A stretch of DNA of 64,000 bases from Verrucomicrobiota bacterium (GTDB taxonomy: Bacteria > Verrucomicrobiota > Verrucomicrobiia > Methylacidiphilales > JBCCWR01), in NCBI GenBank assembly GCA_039192515.1, contig JBCCXA010000010.1, positions 11,126-75,125 of the forward strand, in the 5' to 3' direction. A program made the translations under genes and the position numbers. Positions 10,700 through 21,022 of this stretch are shown here, in pieces (position 1 is the first letter of the stretch; each line of letters starts with the position of its first letter). The notes under the pieces were generated by a model that saw nothing but the letters and a program-made list of their open reading frames with translations, had not been told where the DNA came from and made no database searches.

Positions 10700-12058
10700 A
10701 TGACCAGCTCAGACACAAAAAGTATTTATGAGACCTTAAAAAGTAATGGGGTCAAATATTGCCTTGGTGCTTACGTGGATATTCATGGCTGGCCGAAGGG
10801 TAAAATAGTCCCTATAGATCACTTTGAGCACTTTGCTCAGGGCTCCGAACTTTATACGGGCTATGCACTCGATGGTCTTGGGCAGTCACCCAATGATGAC
10901 GAAATAGCCTCTGTACCAGATCTTGACCACATTATTCAGCTACCTTGGAAACCGGAAGTAGCTTGGATGCCAGCTGATAATACATTCCATGAAAAACCAT
11001 ATGAAGTCAGCACTAGGGTAGCATTTAGAAGAATATTGAGAAAAGCTGAGTCGCTAGGTTTTAAGTTCAAGCTAGGCATTGAGTGCGAGGTTTACTTTGT
11101 AAAAAAAGATGACCATGGAAGGCTCATCAACCCAAATCCCAACGATCAATTAACTAAGCCCTGCTATGACGTCCCAGCTTTCTTTGACCAATATGCACTC
11201 TTAGACGAGATCGTCACAGCCATTAACAGCTTAGGCTGGAATGTCTATTCATTTGACCACGAAGATGGCAACTCTCAATTTGAATTTGATTTCGCTTATA
11301 CTGACGGACTTCATATGGCCGATCGCTATATTTTCTTCAGATTCTTAGCCAAACATTATGCTAAAAAAGTTGGACTTATCGCTACGTTCATGCCAAAACC
11401 CTTTGCCGACAAGACTGGCAATGGAGCACACTTCAATATGTCACTTGCTGATATAAACACCGGAGATAACCTTTTTGCCTTAGACAAAAAGGATGATCCC
11501 AAAGGACTTGGACTTTCAACATTGGGCTACTCCTTTATCGCAGGTATCATCCAACATGGTCAAGCACTCTGCGCAGCGTTTGCTCCATCGGTTAATAGCT
11601 ATAAGAGGCTGGTTAGACGCGGAGCAATGTCTTATTACTCATGGGCTCCAGTTTTAAACTCATTTGGAAGCAATAACAGAACAAACTCCATTAGAGTCCC
11701 TATGAATGGCGGACGTTGCGAATCAAGAAATGTGGACTCTTCTTGTAATCCTTACCTTGCGGCAACACTTGCCTTGGCTGCAGGCTTAGAAGGTATTGAA
11801 AAAGGTCTAGACCCTGGTTTACCTCATAATGAAAATCTTTATGAATATTCTGATATGGAGTTATCTGAAAAAGGCATTGAACCCTTGCCCCAAAATTTAA
11901 GTGAAGCTGTAAAAGCGTTTTCTGAAGATCCCTTTGTAGAAGAAACTTTAGGATCGGAGCTGACCAAAGAATTCATCACCTATAAACAACAGGAATGGGA
12001 AGCATATCATCAATCCATCAGTCAATGGGAAGTAGATTTCTACTCTGGCTTATATTGA
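10700..12058 (+). CDS. Glutamine synthetase-family enzyme (GlnA-like; substrate unknown)
   Basis: 452 aa with a GS catalytic-domain pattern: [23 protein letters not shown] and SIRVP...R.E.R. Confidence 0.8.
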   Translation: MTSSDTKSIYETLKSNGVKYCLGAYVDIHGWPKGKIVPIDHFEHFAQGSELYTGYALDGLGQSPNDDEIASVPDLDHIIQLPWKPEVAWMPADNTFHEKPYEVSTRVAFRRILRKAESLGFKFKLGIECEVYFVKKDDHGRLINPNPNDQLTKPCYDVPAFFDQYALLDEIVTAINSLGWNVYSFDHEDGNSQFEFDFAYTDGLHMADRYIFFRFLAKHYAKKVGLIATFMPKPFADKTGNGAHFNMSLADINTGDNLFALDKKDDPKGLGLSTLGYSFIAGIIQHGQALCAAFAPSVNSYKRLVRRGAMSYYSWAPVLNSFGSNNRTNSIRVPMNGGRCESRNVDSSCNPYLAATLALAAGLEGIEKGLDPGLPHNENLYEYSDMELSEKGIEPLPQNLSEAVKAFSEDPFVEETLGSELTKEFITYKQQEWEAYHQSISQWEVDFYSGLY

Positions 12059-12098
12059 TTATAGACACCCAAATCAAAACTCGAAAGGAACAAACAAC

Positions 12099-13157
12099 AT
12101 GGACAAAACTAGATTCGTGATACCCTCAATCCTCGCTGCTATGGCCATATTTGTCACTAGCTGCTCAGAGCCACCGCCACCAACTCCTACGGCTAAAGAA
12201 GAAACTACTCCGACTCCAGAATCGGTAGTAGAAAAAGAAGCTCCTGAAACACCAACACTAAAAATCGGTTACAGTGATTGGCCAGGATGGGTAGCTTGGG
12301 AAATTGGCATTGCTAAAAAATGGTTCGAGGAAGAAGGTGTCGACGTTAAATTCGAATGGTACGACTACGTGGCCTCTATGGACGCCTATGTCGCAGGAAA
12401 TGTAGACGCCGTTTGTATGACTAATGGCGATGCTTTAGTCACTGGAGCAACTGGCAAACCCTCTGTAGGCATTATCATAAATGACTTTTCTAATGGTAAT
12501 GATATGATCGTCGCAAAACCGGGTATCGAATCAATAGCCGATTTGAAAGGCAAAAAGGTTGGCGTTGAAGAGGGCTTTGTTTGTCATTTACTCTTATTAA
12601 AAGGTCTAGAAAGTGTAGGCTTATCTGATGCAGATATTACAATAGTTAATACACCTACTAATGAAACCCCCCAAGTGCTAGCATCGGGGGCTGTTGATGC
12701 TATCGGAGCATGGCAACCTAACTCTGGTCAAGCCCTTAAGACCGTAGCTGGATCAAAGCCTGTTTTCACCTCAGCAGATGCGCCAGGTATTATCTATGAC
12801 CTACTCTATGTCTCTCCTGAAAGCCTTGCGGCCCATAAAGCTGAGTGGATGAAGGTTGTTAAAGTTTGGTACCGTATTGTTGATTACCTAAAAGATGAGA
12901 GTAATACTGATGATGCTCTCAAGATTCTTTCCAGCAGAGTCAACCTACCTCCTGAAGAATACGAACCATTCCTAAAAGGAACTTACATTCTCACTTTAGA
13001 CGAGGCATTAGTCAGGTGGCAGGAAGCTGAGGGCCTAGGCTCAATTTATGGCTCCTCTAAGATAGTAGACGATTTCAACGTACGTTTCGAAGTCTACAAA
13101 GAACCTTTAGACACCACTAAGTATCTGGACTCAAGCCTTACGAAAAGCTTGAAATAA
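12099..13157 (+). CDS. ABC transporter substrate-binding lipoprotein (NMT1/SsuA, NitT/TauT type)
   Basis: Signal and lipobox FVTSC, a Pro/Thr linker, and [12 protein letters not shown] typical of NMT1-like binding proteins. Confidence 0.75.
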   Translation: MDKTRFVIPSILAAMAIFVTSCSEPPPPTPTAKEETTPTPESVVEKEAPETPTLKIGYSDWPGWVAWEIGIAKKWFEEEGVDVKFEWYDYVASMDAYVAGNVDAVCMTNGDALVTGATGKPSVGIIINDFSNGNDMIVAKPGIESIADLKGKKVGVEEGFVCHLLLLKGLESVGLSDADITIVNTPTNETPQVLASGAVDAIGAWQPNSGQALKTVAGSKPVFTSADAPGIIYDLLYVSPESLAAHKAEWMKVVKVWYRIVDYLKDESNTDDALKILSSRVNLPPEEYEPFLKGTYILTLDEALVRWQEAEGLGSIYGSSKIVDDFNVRFEVYKEPLDTTKYLDSSLTKSLK

Positions 13158-13173
13158 CTATCCTTATCATCTC

Positions 13174-13204
13174 AGCGGCTTAATTTTCTATTAATTAAGC
13201 CGCT
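13174..13204 (+). other. Intercistronic hairpin between binding-protein and permease genes
   Basis: AGCGGCTTAATT-ttctatt-AATTAAGCCGCT forms a 12-bp perfect stem with no U-tract, so it may be an mRNA-stability element. Confidence 0.5.
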
Positions 13205-13222
13205 TGAAAATTAAATATTTGT

Positions 13223-14584
13223 ATGAGCCATGAAGTAGCCAGCAAGCCCTTTAAAGAAGAGTGGTTTACCATTCGCAAAGACTTAAGCCAGGAAAGACAA
13301 ACCTTTTTAACCATCTTCTCATTTCTCATACCACTTTTTATTTGGGCATTACTAAGCTATGTCCCCCCATTTGCATGGCATCCTGATATTAAGCTATCTA
13401 TTTCTGCAGATCAAAAGGGGGTAAAAACTGTTTATTCGGCCGGTGATCGGGTAAGCAAAGAACACTTTCCATACTTTCAGGCTGCCATTCGAAAAGAGAA
13501 TCAAGACGTTCTGGCAGCGGAATCATCTTCGAAGACTATTCCTTCTACTCAGCGTGATAACCTAAAAACTCTTCGACACCTAACTCATATAGCTATTAAG
13601 CAAGGGTGGGTGCTCGAAGCAGAGAAAGAAGATGATGCAGCCATCTACAGGACATGGGGAAAACTTGCTACAGGCAAACTCTACGCTAAAGATTCCGTCA
13701 TCTCGCCAGAAAACCTTCTAGTTATCCAACATAACTGGAAAACACTAAGTCTAGTGAGCACGGAGTACTCTTACAAAGCCTTACCCAAGACACAACTACT
13801 CAAACTGGTCCCCACTGGCAAGAGTTCAAATCCTGTTTACCTCCCTGCACCTCACGAGGTTCTTCAAGCCGGTTTTTATGACTTCACCACGGATCCTGGT
13901 AGAGATAAGCCTTGGATGTACCAAAGATTCTTGCATTCCTTAAGGATCGTTTTCGGAGGCTTTTTATTTTCCTGCCTGCTCGGCATACCTCTTGGCATTC
14001 TTTGTGGAACTTACGACTTCTTCTCTAAGCTAGTCGAACCCTTTATCGATTTCTTCCGCTATATGCCCGCACCAGCTTTTAGTACCCTACTGGTTGCCAT
14101 ATTTCTAGCACATGATGCACCCAAAATTGCACTCGTTTTTGTGGGGACTTTCTTCCAAATGGTCCTTGTTATTTCCAAAACTACTCGTCTTCTTGACCGT
14201 TCCCTGCTTGAAGCTGCCCAGACACTTGGAGCTAAGAATTTTCACTTACTTACAAGAGTTATTATCCCTGGCATCATGCCGAATTTATATAACGATCTGC
14301 GTATTTTATTGGGATGGTCCTGGACATGGCTAGTAATCGCTGAACTCATCGGCGTTAAAACGGGCCTCACTGAGTTTATCGAAACTCAGGGAAGATGGCG
14401 AAATTTCGATCGGGTTTTTCCAGTTATTATTGCTATTGGTATTACAGGATTTTGTACAGACCAAATACTAGCTTGGCTTCGCGTCTACCTTTTCCCTTGG
14501 CATGATACTGCTGAAGGCCAAGGTATGAAGAAAATCTTCAATGTCTTCAACATCTTTAAGAAGACAAAGTCCCAATCCGTATAA
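13223..14584 (+). CDS. ABC transporter permease (NitT/TauT type) with ~190-aa extracytoplasmic insertion
   Basis: 453 aa. TM1 is at residues ~28-46, followed by a long hydrophilic stretch. The canonical permease core ([21 protein letters not shown], the EAA loop) starts from residue ~240. Confidence 0.8.
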   Translation: MSHEVASKPFKEEWFTIRKDLSQERQTFLTIFSFLIPLFIWALLSYVPPFAWHPDIKLSISADQKGVKTVYSAGDRVSKEHFPYFQAAIRKENQDVLAAESSSKTIPSTQRDNLKTLRHLTHIAIKQGWVLEAEKEDDAAIYRTWGKLATGKLYAKDSVISPENLLVIQHNWKTLSLVSTEYSYKALPKTQLLKLVPTGKSSNPVYLPAPHEVLQAGFYDFTTDPGRDKPWMYQRFLHSLRIVFGGFLFSCLLGIPLGILCGTYDFFSKLVEPFIDFFRYMPAPAFSTLLVAIFLAHDAPKIALVFVGTFFQMVLVISKTTRLLDRSLLEAAQTLGAKNFHLLTRVIIPGIMPNLYNDLRILLGWSWTWLVIAELIGVKTGLTEFIETQGRWRNFDRVFPVIIAIGITGFCTDQILAWLRVYLFPWHDTAEGQGMKKIFNVFNIFKKTKSQSV

Positions 14585-15492
14585 TGAGCCTTTCAAAAGA
14601 CATCAAAGCATTAAAGCTCCCGGACTATCGCGAACAAACTAGTGAGGTAAAGGAACGTTTCAAACAACTAAAAGAACGCCCAATACAACTCAGGGTTAAA
14701 GAGTTGGGACGAATCTTTGAAAGTAGTAGCGGACCTATTGAAGCACTGAAGGATATTAATTTTGAAATATACCGCCGCGAATTTACTGTTGTGGTTGGAC
14801 CATCTGGATGTGGCAAGTCAACACTCATTCGTATCCTAGCTGGATTAGATTACCCAACTTCTGGCACTGCCTACACAGATGACAACATCGTTCAAGGGCC
14901 CTGCCCAGAAAGAGGCATGGTTTTTCAAGGTTACACACTCTTTCCTTGGCTAACAGTTAAGAAAAATGTGATGTTCGGCCTAGAAATTAAATACGGTAAT
15001 AGCGCAATAGCCGAACCTGAAGCTATGGAGTGGATTGAACTCGTCGGCCTTTCGAAGTTTGCTAATCATTATCCACACCAACTATCTGGCGGCATGAAAC
15101 AGCGAGTTGCTATTGCTAGAGCTTTGGCAAATGAACCTCGCATCTTGATTATGGATGAGCCATTCGGCGCATTAGACGCCCAAACGCGTTGCCAAATGCA
15201 AGCTCATCTGCTGCGTATTTGGCGCGAGGTAGACGTAACAATATTATTTATTACTCATGATTTGGATGAAGCCATATACTTGGCTGACCGCATTATTGTT
15301 CTAGATTCTCACCCAGGACGCATCAAAGAGATTATAGAAGTTGGCATCCCTCGACCTAGGGAACCGGAGCAATTTTTAAGCCCCCTATTCCTTTCCATTA
15401 AAAATCGCCTAGAACACCTTATACACTCCAGGAATATAGAAGAGGAAATCCCTATGGTAAAAATGACTCTGGAAGGAGATGATGTTGAATAA
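14584..15492 (+). CDS. ABC transporter ATP-binding protein
   Basis: Walker [10 protein letters not shown], signature LSGGMKQRV and Walker B ILIMDEPF. The ATG overlaps the permease stop (ATAATG). Confidence 0.9.
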   Translation: MSLSKDIKALKLPDYREQTSEVKERFKQLKERPIQLRVKELGRIFESSSGPIEALKDINFEIYRREFTVVVGPSGCGKSTLIRILAGLDYPTSGTAYTDDNIVQGPCPERGMVFQGYTLFPWLTVKKNVMFGLEIKYGNSAIAEPEAMEWIELVGLSKFANHYPHQLSGGMKQRVAIARALANEPRILIMDEPFGALDAQTRCQMQAHLLRIWREVDVTILFITHDLDEAIYLADRIIVLDSHPGRIKEIIEVGIPRPREPEQFLSPLFLSIKNRLEHLIHSRNIEEEIPMVKMTLEGDDVE

Positions 15493-15561
15493 TTTTAACA
15501 CTTATTTAAATTTTTTGTTCATACTTTTCAAATAATTCTTCATACTATAAACTGGAAACAT

Positions 15562-16008
15562 ATGAAATCTGATTCATTGACTTTAGCCGGAGGTGTTCAA
15601 AGATTCACCGTAAGTTTACCGCGCAAACTTTTTACTCAGTTTGAGAGAATGATCCATAGCAAAGGCTTTTCAAACAGATCTCAAGCTGTCACAGATTTAG
15701 TAAGTAAAGCAGTAAGCGAGCACCAAACCAAAATCTCCAATACCGTCATGACAGGAGTCTTGACTGTTATTTATGAGCATCGCAAACGAGATCTTCAAAA
15801 CCGCCTTACCCAACTTCAGCACAAATATCTTAAAGAGATTATTTCCATCCAACTTATACATCTTGAAAATGATCATTCCTTGCAAGTACTCCTCATGCAA
15901 GGCCCTGGAAAAAGACTTAAAATGATTTCAGATGAATTTATAACCTGCAAAGGAGTTAAACAAGGCAAGCTAGAACTTAGTGCAACCATTATCCCACAAC
16001 TTTATTAG
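15562..16008 (+). CDS. NikR-family (ribbon-helix-helix + ACT-like) regulator with non-canonical metal site
   Basis: RFTVSLPRKLFTQFERMIHSKGFSNRSQAVTDLV is the RHH domain. The C-domain YEHRKRDL..LQHK..LIHLENDHSLQV aligns to E. coli NikR [27 protein letters not shown]. Confidence 0.7.
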   Translation: MKSDSLTLAGGVQRFTVSLPRKLFTQFERMIHSKGFSNRSQAVTDLVSKAVSEHQTKISNTVMTGVLTVIYEHRKRDLQNRLTQLQHKYLKEIISIQLIHLENDHSLQVLLMQGPGKRLKMISDEFITCKGVKQGKLELSATIIPQLY

Positions 16009-16019
16009 CATCTAATCAT

Positions 16020-16742
16020 ATGAAAATCCCTGAAGATAAAATCCGATTCTCATTAAAAATTCAAGCAGGAGAAAACTGGTCACATGTCTTAAAAAGAGGA
16101 ACAACACTTCAACTACATGACATAGAAGGAGGTGCAAATATTTCTATGATGCTCTACAACTTTGAAATACTAAGTGAGCGTTACAATATGCCAGACACGC
16201 TTAAGGCCCAACATACAGCTTATCTTACCAAAGGGCATTGCCTTTATTCTGATATGGGCCGTATTCTTGCTTCTATTACAGAAGACTCGTGCGGTTGGCA
16301 TGATACGATCTCAGGCTACTCAACTCCTGAAATTATTGAAAAAAAGTATGGCACTGGGACTTTTCAAGAACTCCGTAATAAATTTCACCGAAATGCCTAT
16401 CACGGATTTCTTCAAGAATTAGCAAAATATGACATGGGGCCGAGAGACCTAATACCCTGTGTTAATTTTTTTAGCAAAGTCACCAATGATTTGCATGGTA
16501 ATCTTAGTTATGTTCCCAATCATTCCAAATCCGGTAGTATTGTCCATCTTCGTTCCGAAATGAACACACTTATCATCTTGAATACATGCCCCCATCCTTT
16601 GGATACTAGCCCAACATATAACGCAAAAAAAATCGAAGCAACTATCTGGACTTCGCCCCTGATTGAATCAGATGATGCATGCCGAACCTCGTGCCCGGAA
16701 AACGAAAGAGGTTTTATCAATACTGAACGATATTTTCTGTAA
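16020..16742 (+). CDS. DUF1989 protein (urea-carboxylase-associated family; CgdA/B-like)
   Basis: 240 aa and a paralogue of the next ORF. The paired position directly upstream of the biotin carboxylase is the hallmark of this family. Confidence 0.7.
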   Translation: MKIPEDKIRFSLKIQAGENWSHVLKRGTTLQLHDIEGGANISMMLYNFEILSERYNMPDTLKAQHTAYLTKGHCLYSDMGRILASITEDSCGWHDTISGYSTPEIIEKKYGTGTFQELRNKFHRNAYHGFLQELAKYDMGPRDLIPCVNFFSKVTNDLHGNLSYVPNHSKSGSIVHLRSEMNTLIILNTCPHPLDTSPTYNAKKIEATIWTSPLIESDDACRTSCPENERGFINTERYFL

Positions 16743-16761
16743 CCCTAAATTAAAATAAACT

Positions 16762-17403
16762 ATGACTACAAAAGAAAGCCAACTTAAGCCTGCCTTAGCC
16801 ATCTACGATGAGACCATTCTAGCTGGAGACGGTTGGATGCATGAAATTAAGCAAGGCCAAACCCTACGCATCGAAGATGTTGAAGGCAATCAAGCAGTAG
16901 ACACGCTTTTTTATAATGCCCAAGACTATGAAGACCGCTATAGCGCAGTAGATACCATAAGAGAACAAGGAAACATTTATCTCACCACTGGAACGAAACT
17001 AATATCAACTAAAAGAAACACTTTACTGACTATCGTCGCTGACACTTGCGGACGCCATGATACTCTCGGCGGCGCATGCTCTACGGAGAGTAATACTGTT
17101 CGTTATTCTTTAGAGAAACACTATATGCATGCATGCCGCGATACTTTTACAAGATATGGAGCTTTATGGCCGGAACCTTTCAGCAAAAAAGATATCACCA
17201 ACAATATCAATTTCTTCATGAATGTTCCAGTCACCCCAGAAGGCAAGCTGACTTTCGAAGATGGCATTTCTGCGCCAGGACTATATGTTGAGCTCCTTGC
17301 TGAATTGGATACGGTATGTCTTATTTCCAACTGCCCACAGCTAAACAATCCTTGCAACGCTTATAATCCCACTCCTGTTCGTGTGCTTATTTGGAATCCT
17401 TAG
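16762..17403 (+). CDS. DUF1989 protein (urea-carboxylase-associated family; CgdA/B-like)
   Basis: 213 aa. [21 protein letters not shown] and [12 protein letters not shown] resemble the upstream paralogue (GTTLQLHDIEGGANISMMLYN, CGWHDTISG). Confidence 0.7.
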   Translation: MTTKESQLKPALAIYDETILAGDGWMHEIKQGQTLRIEDVEGNQAVDTLFYNAQDYEDRYSAVDTIREQGNIYLTTGTKLISTKRNTLLTIVADTCGRHDTLGGACSTESNTVRYSLEKHYMHACRDTFTRYGALWPEPFSKKDITNNINFFMNVPVTPEGKLTFEDGISAPGLYVELLAELDTVCLISNCPQLNNPCNAYNPTPVRVLIWNP

Positions 17404-17411
17404 CCAAAGCT

Positions 17412-20400
17412 ATGTTTCAAAAAGTCCTCATAGCCAATCGTGGAGCCATAGCTTACCGTATTCAAAGGACCCTCAAAAGAATGGGGGTGCATAGTGTTGC
17501 AGTCTATTCAGAGGCTGACACTCATTCACGTCACACACTCAACGCAGACGAGGCTATTTTAATCGGTGAGGCTCAGCCTACAGAAAGTTATCTTAATATA
17601 CACAAAATCATTGAAGCAGCCAAATCTTCTGGGGCACAAGCCATTCACCCTGGATATGGTTTTCTTAGTGAGAATACAGATTTTGTTAAAGCTTGCGAAC
17701 GAGCTAACATTACTTTCATTGGCCCAACAGCGAAGCAAATCGAAGCTTTTGGGCTTAAACATTCAGCTAGAGAGCTTGCTAAAAAGTGTAACGCTCCACT
17801 ATGCCCTGGCACGGAGCTATTATTAGACATAGATGAAGCCAAAAGCGCAGCAAAACAAATAGGCTACCCCATCATGATTAAGAGCACTGCTGGCGGTGGT
17901 GGCATTGGTATGCAGATTGCGTATAACGAAAAAGAGCTTTGCTCAGCATTCACATCTGTTAAGCGTCTCGGGGAACATAATTTTAAAAATGCTGGCATCT
18001 TCATTGAGAAATACATCGAAAGGGCCAGGCATATCGAGGTACAAATCTTTGGAGATGGTCAAGGGACAGTGATCGCTCTAGGAGACAGGGATTGCACTAT
18101 CCAGCGACGAAACCAAAAAGTCATTGAAGAGGCGCCCGCACCTAACCTAGATGATCCTATTCGAATAGAACTACATCAAACAGCTATAGCCTTAGGCAAG
18201 TCGGTAAATTACCAGAATGCAGGGACGGTCGAATTTATCTACGACTGTGAAACAAATTCCTTCTACTTCCTTGAAGTAAATACTCGCTTGCAAGTTGAGC
18301 ATGGCGTTACCGAAGAAGTCTTTAGCATTGATTTGGTCGAATGGATGCTGCTGCAAGCTTCAGGAGAATTTAGGGATCTAATGGCTTTCAATCTGAAGCC
18401 TCAAGGTCATGCCATGCAAGCGCGCATTTATGCAGAGAACCCTCAGAAAAATTTCCAGCCGAGCTCAGGCATTCTTACACATGTTACATTTCCAGATAAT
18501 GCCCGATGCGAAACCCACATAGAAAGCGGATCATCCATCCCACCTTATTATGACCCCATGATTGCTAAAGTAATTGTTAGGGGTGATGACAGAGATCAAG
18601 CTTTAAAGAAATTAAGCCAATCCTTAGATGAGGCTTACTTATATGGAATTGAAACGAATTTGGATTATGTCAAACGGATACTAGAGACTGATGAATTCCA
18701 TGATGTAAGGATAACGACAAGATTTTTAGACTCACTAACCACTCAAAGTAATACTATAGACGTTCTTTCCCCGGGAACTGTTAGTTTAGTCGTTTCATAC
18801 CCTGGAAGGCTAGGGTTTTGGCACGTCGGAGTTCCTCCATCAGGACCCATGGATAATCTAGCTTTTCGCTTGGGTAATGCCGCACTCGGAAACGATGCTG
18901 GCGCTGCAGGTTTAGAACTTACTGCATCAGGTGCTAAATTAAAATTCAACTGTGATAAGCAAATTATCTTAACGGGTGCTCCTATGCACTCACAGGTCAA
19001 TAACCTACCTGTCGATTACTGGAAAGTCATTCACATTAAAAGCGGAGATGTACTTAAAGTAGGTAACACTGTTGAAGATGGTCTAAGGTCCTATATTCTT
19101 TTTCAAGGGGGCCTTAAAATCCCTGACTACTTGGGCAGTAAAACAACTTTTCGCTTAGGTAAGTTTGGCGGGCATTGCGGGAGGTCACTGCAGACTGGTG
19201 ACGTCTTACATCTAAATCAAACGAGTGCTCAGAAAATTAAAGAAATCCCAAGCGATTTTATTCCATCCTATAACAAGCGCTGGGAAATAGGTGTTCTCTA
19301 TGGTCCACATGGAGCACCTGATTTCTTTACAGAGAAAGATATAGAAACATTTTTCAAAACCGATTGGAAAGTTCATTACAACTCAGATAGAACAGGTATC
19401 CGCTTGACAGGCCCTAAGCCACAATGGGCCAGGAAAGATGGAGGTGAAGCGGGTCTACACCCCTCGAATATCCATGATAATGCCTATGCCATTGGAGCCA
19501 TCGATTTTACAGGGGATATGCCAATCATTCTAGGACAGGATGGTCCAAGCCTAGGAGGGTTTGTCTGCCCAGCAACAGTTGTCCAAGCAGAAATTTGGAA
19601 AATGGGACAACTAAAGCCAGGGGATACCATACGCTTCATACGCTTGCAATATGAACAGTCCCTGGTTGCCAAGAAAAAACAAGATCTGGAGATTAAGAAC
19701 CTTGAAAGAACTGAAGCTGTTACGTCTAAAATTTCATCTAGCCCTGACTTGGATCAAGCTATCCTTCATCAAACGACTTCCACAGATGAAATCAATCAAA
19801 CCGTTTACCGTGGCGCTGGCGACTCTTATGTGTTAGTTGAATATGGCCCCATTAGACTGAATCTTAACTCAAGATTCCGAGCACATGCTCTCATGCTTTG
19901 GCTACAATCTAATGAAATTAGTGGCATTATCGACCTGACGCCGGGAATACGCTCTCTACAGATTCATTTTGATAATTCCGTTATCACTCTTGACCAGCTA
20001 ATGGAACACCTTCTTCGAGCCGAGCGACAATTAAAATCCATCGAAGACATGGTAGTGCCCACACGAATTATCCATCTACCCTTATCTTGGAATGACCCTT
20101 CTACTCAACTCGCAATTGAAAAATATAATCAAAGCGTGCGCGCTGATGCACCATGGTGTCCAAGCAATATTGAATTCATTCGCCGAATTAATGGGCTCGA
20201 TTCTATCCAAGAAGTGCAACGTATTTTGTTTGAAGCCAGTTATCTAGTTATGGGACTGGGCGATGTTTATTTGGGAGCTCCCGTCGCCACACCTATTGAT
20301 CCAAGACACCGCTTGGTCACAACCAAATATAATCCTGCTAGAACATGGACTCCTGAAAACGCCGTGGGCATAGGTGGCGCCTACCTTTGTGTCTATGGTA

Positions 20401-21017
20401 TGGAAGGACCTGGCGGCTATCAGTTTGTAGGACGCACCGTGCAAATGTGGAATAACTACCACCAAACAAACCATTTTACAGCCAGCAAGCCCTGGCTCCT
20501 CAACTTTTTTGATCAGATCCGTTTTTATCCCGTAGAGGCTGATGATCTTTTAAAAATCCGTGATGACTTTTTACATGGCAAATATGAACTGAAAATAGAA
20601 CATGCTCAATTTAGTCTTAGTGATTACAATCAATTCCTATCAGATAATCATGCAGACATACGAGTATTTAAAAATAAACAAAAACAAGCCTTTGAAGACG
20701 AACGAGAACGCTGGATAGAGAATGGTCAAGCTACCTTTGAAGGCAGCGAGCATGACTTTGAGGAAGCAAACTCTCAACATATCAATCTACTAGATAATGA
20801 AGAGGCTGTTGAATCTGTTATATCAGGAAGTGTTTGGAAAATTGAAGTATCTGAAGGTCAAGAAATAGATGAGGGAGATGTCTTAGTTGTGATTGAAGCC
20901 ATGAAAATGGAAACTTCCATCCTTGCGCAAACTAGCGGAAAGATTGGCCAAATTCTTTGCCAAGCTGGCAACCCAGTTTCATCAGGTCAAACTCTTTTAA
21001 CCATCCTTACCGACTAG
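17412..21017 (+). CDS. Urea carboxylase-type biotin enzyme (urea or guanidine carboxylase)
   Basis: Contains a biotin carboxylase module (KVLIANRGAIA, EVNTRLQVEH), KipA/KipI-like carboxyltransferase domains and a C-terminal biotinyl motif EAMKME. ATG 17412 is preferred over the track's TTG at 17391, which overlaps the upstream gene. Confidence 0.9.
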   Translation: MFQKVLIANRGAIAYRIQRTLKRMGVHSVAVYSEADTHSRHTLNADEAILIGEAQPTESYLNIHKIIEAAKSSGAQAIHPGYGFLSENTDFVKACERANITFIGPTAKQIEAFGLKHSARELAKKCNAPLCPGTELLLDIDEAKSAAKQIGYPIMIKSTAGGGGIGMQIAYNEKELCSAFTSVKRLGEHNFKNAGIFIEKYIERARHIEVQIFGDGQGTVIALGDRDCTIQRRNQKVIEEAPAPNLDDPIRIELHQTAIALGKSVNYQNAGTVEFIYDCETNSFYFLEVNTRLQVEHGVTEEVFSIDLVEWMLLQASGEFRDLMAFNLKPQGHAMQARIYAENPQKNFQPSSGILTHVTFPDNARCETHIESGSSIPPYYDPMIAKVIVRGDDRDQALKKLSQSLDEAYLYGIETNLDYVKRILETDEFHDVRITTRFLDSLTTQSNTIDVLSPGTVSLVVSYPGRLGFWHVGVPPSGPMDNLAFRLGNAALGNDAGAAGLELTASGAKLKFNCDKQIILTGAPMHSQVNNLPVDYWKVIHIKSGDVLKVGNTVEDGLRSYILFQGGLKIPDYLGSKTTFRLGKFGGHCGRSLQTGDVLHLNQTSAQKIKEIPSDFIPSYNKRWEIGVLYGPHGAPDFFTEKDIETFFKTDWKVHYNSDRTGIRLTGPKPQWARKDGGEAGLHPSNIHDNAYAIGAIDFTGDMPIILGQDGPSLGGFVCPATVVQAEIWKMGQLKPGDTIRFIRLQYEQSLVAKKKQDLEIKNLERTEAVTSKISSSPDLDQAILHQTTSTDEINQTVYRGAGDSYVLVEYGPIRLNLNSRFRAHALMLWLQSNEISGIIDLTPGIRSLQIHFDNSVITLDQLMEHLLRAERQLKSIEDMVVPTRIIHLPLSWNDPSTQLAIEKYNQSVRADAPWCPSNIEFIRRINGLDSIQEVQRILFEASYLVMGLGDVYLGAPVATPIDPRHRLVTTKYNPARTWTPENAVGIGGAYLCVYGMEGPGGYQFVGRTVQMWNNYHQTNHFTASKPWLLNFFDQIRFYPVEADDLLKIRDDFLHGKYELKIEHAQFSLSDYNQFLSDNHADIRVFKNKQKQAFEDERERWIENGQATFEGSEHDFEEANSQHINLLDNEEAVESVISGSVWKIEVSEGQEIDEGDVLVVIEAMKMETSILAQTSGKIGQILCQAGNPVSSGQTLLTILTD

Positions 21018-21022
21018 CTAGC

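Noticed and set aside
9950-10700. A guanidine-I (ykkC) or other riboswitch ahead of the nitrogen cluster.
   Set aside because: I could not recognise the conserved ykkC motifs by eye. The only conserved element here is repeat copy A, which also occurs away from related genes. A covariance-model scan is needed for a firm negative.
17391-21022. The extended N-termini suggested by track starts 17391 (TTG) and 20957 (TTG).
   Set aside because: Both extensions overlap the upstream genes and add non-conserved residues before the canonical N-termini (MFQKVLIANRG, MKDLSLDID). The internal ATGs at 17412 and 21023 were used instead.
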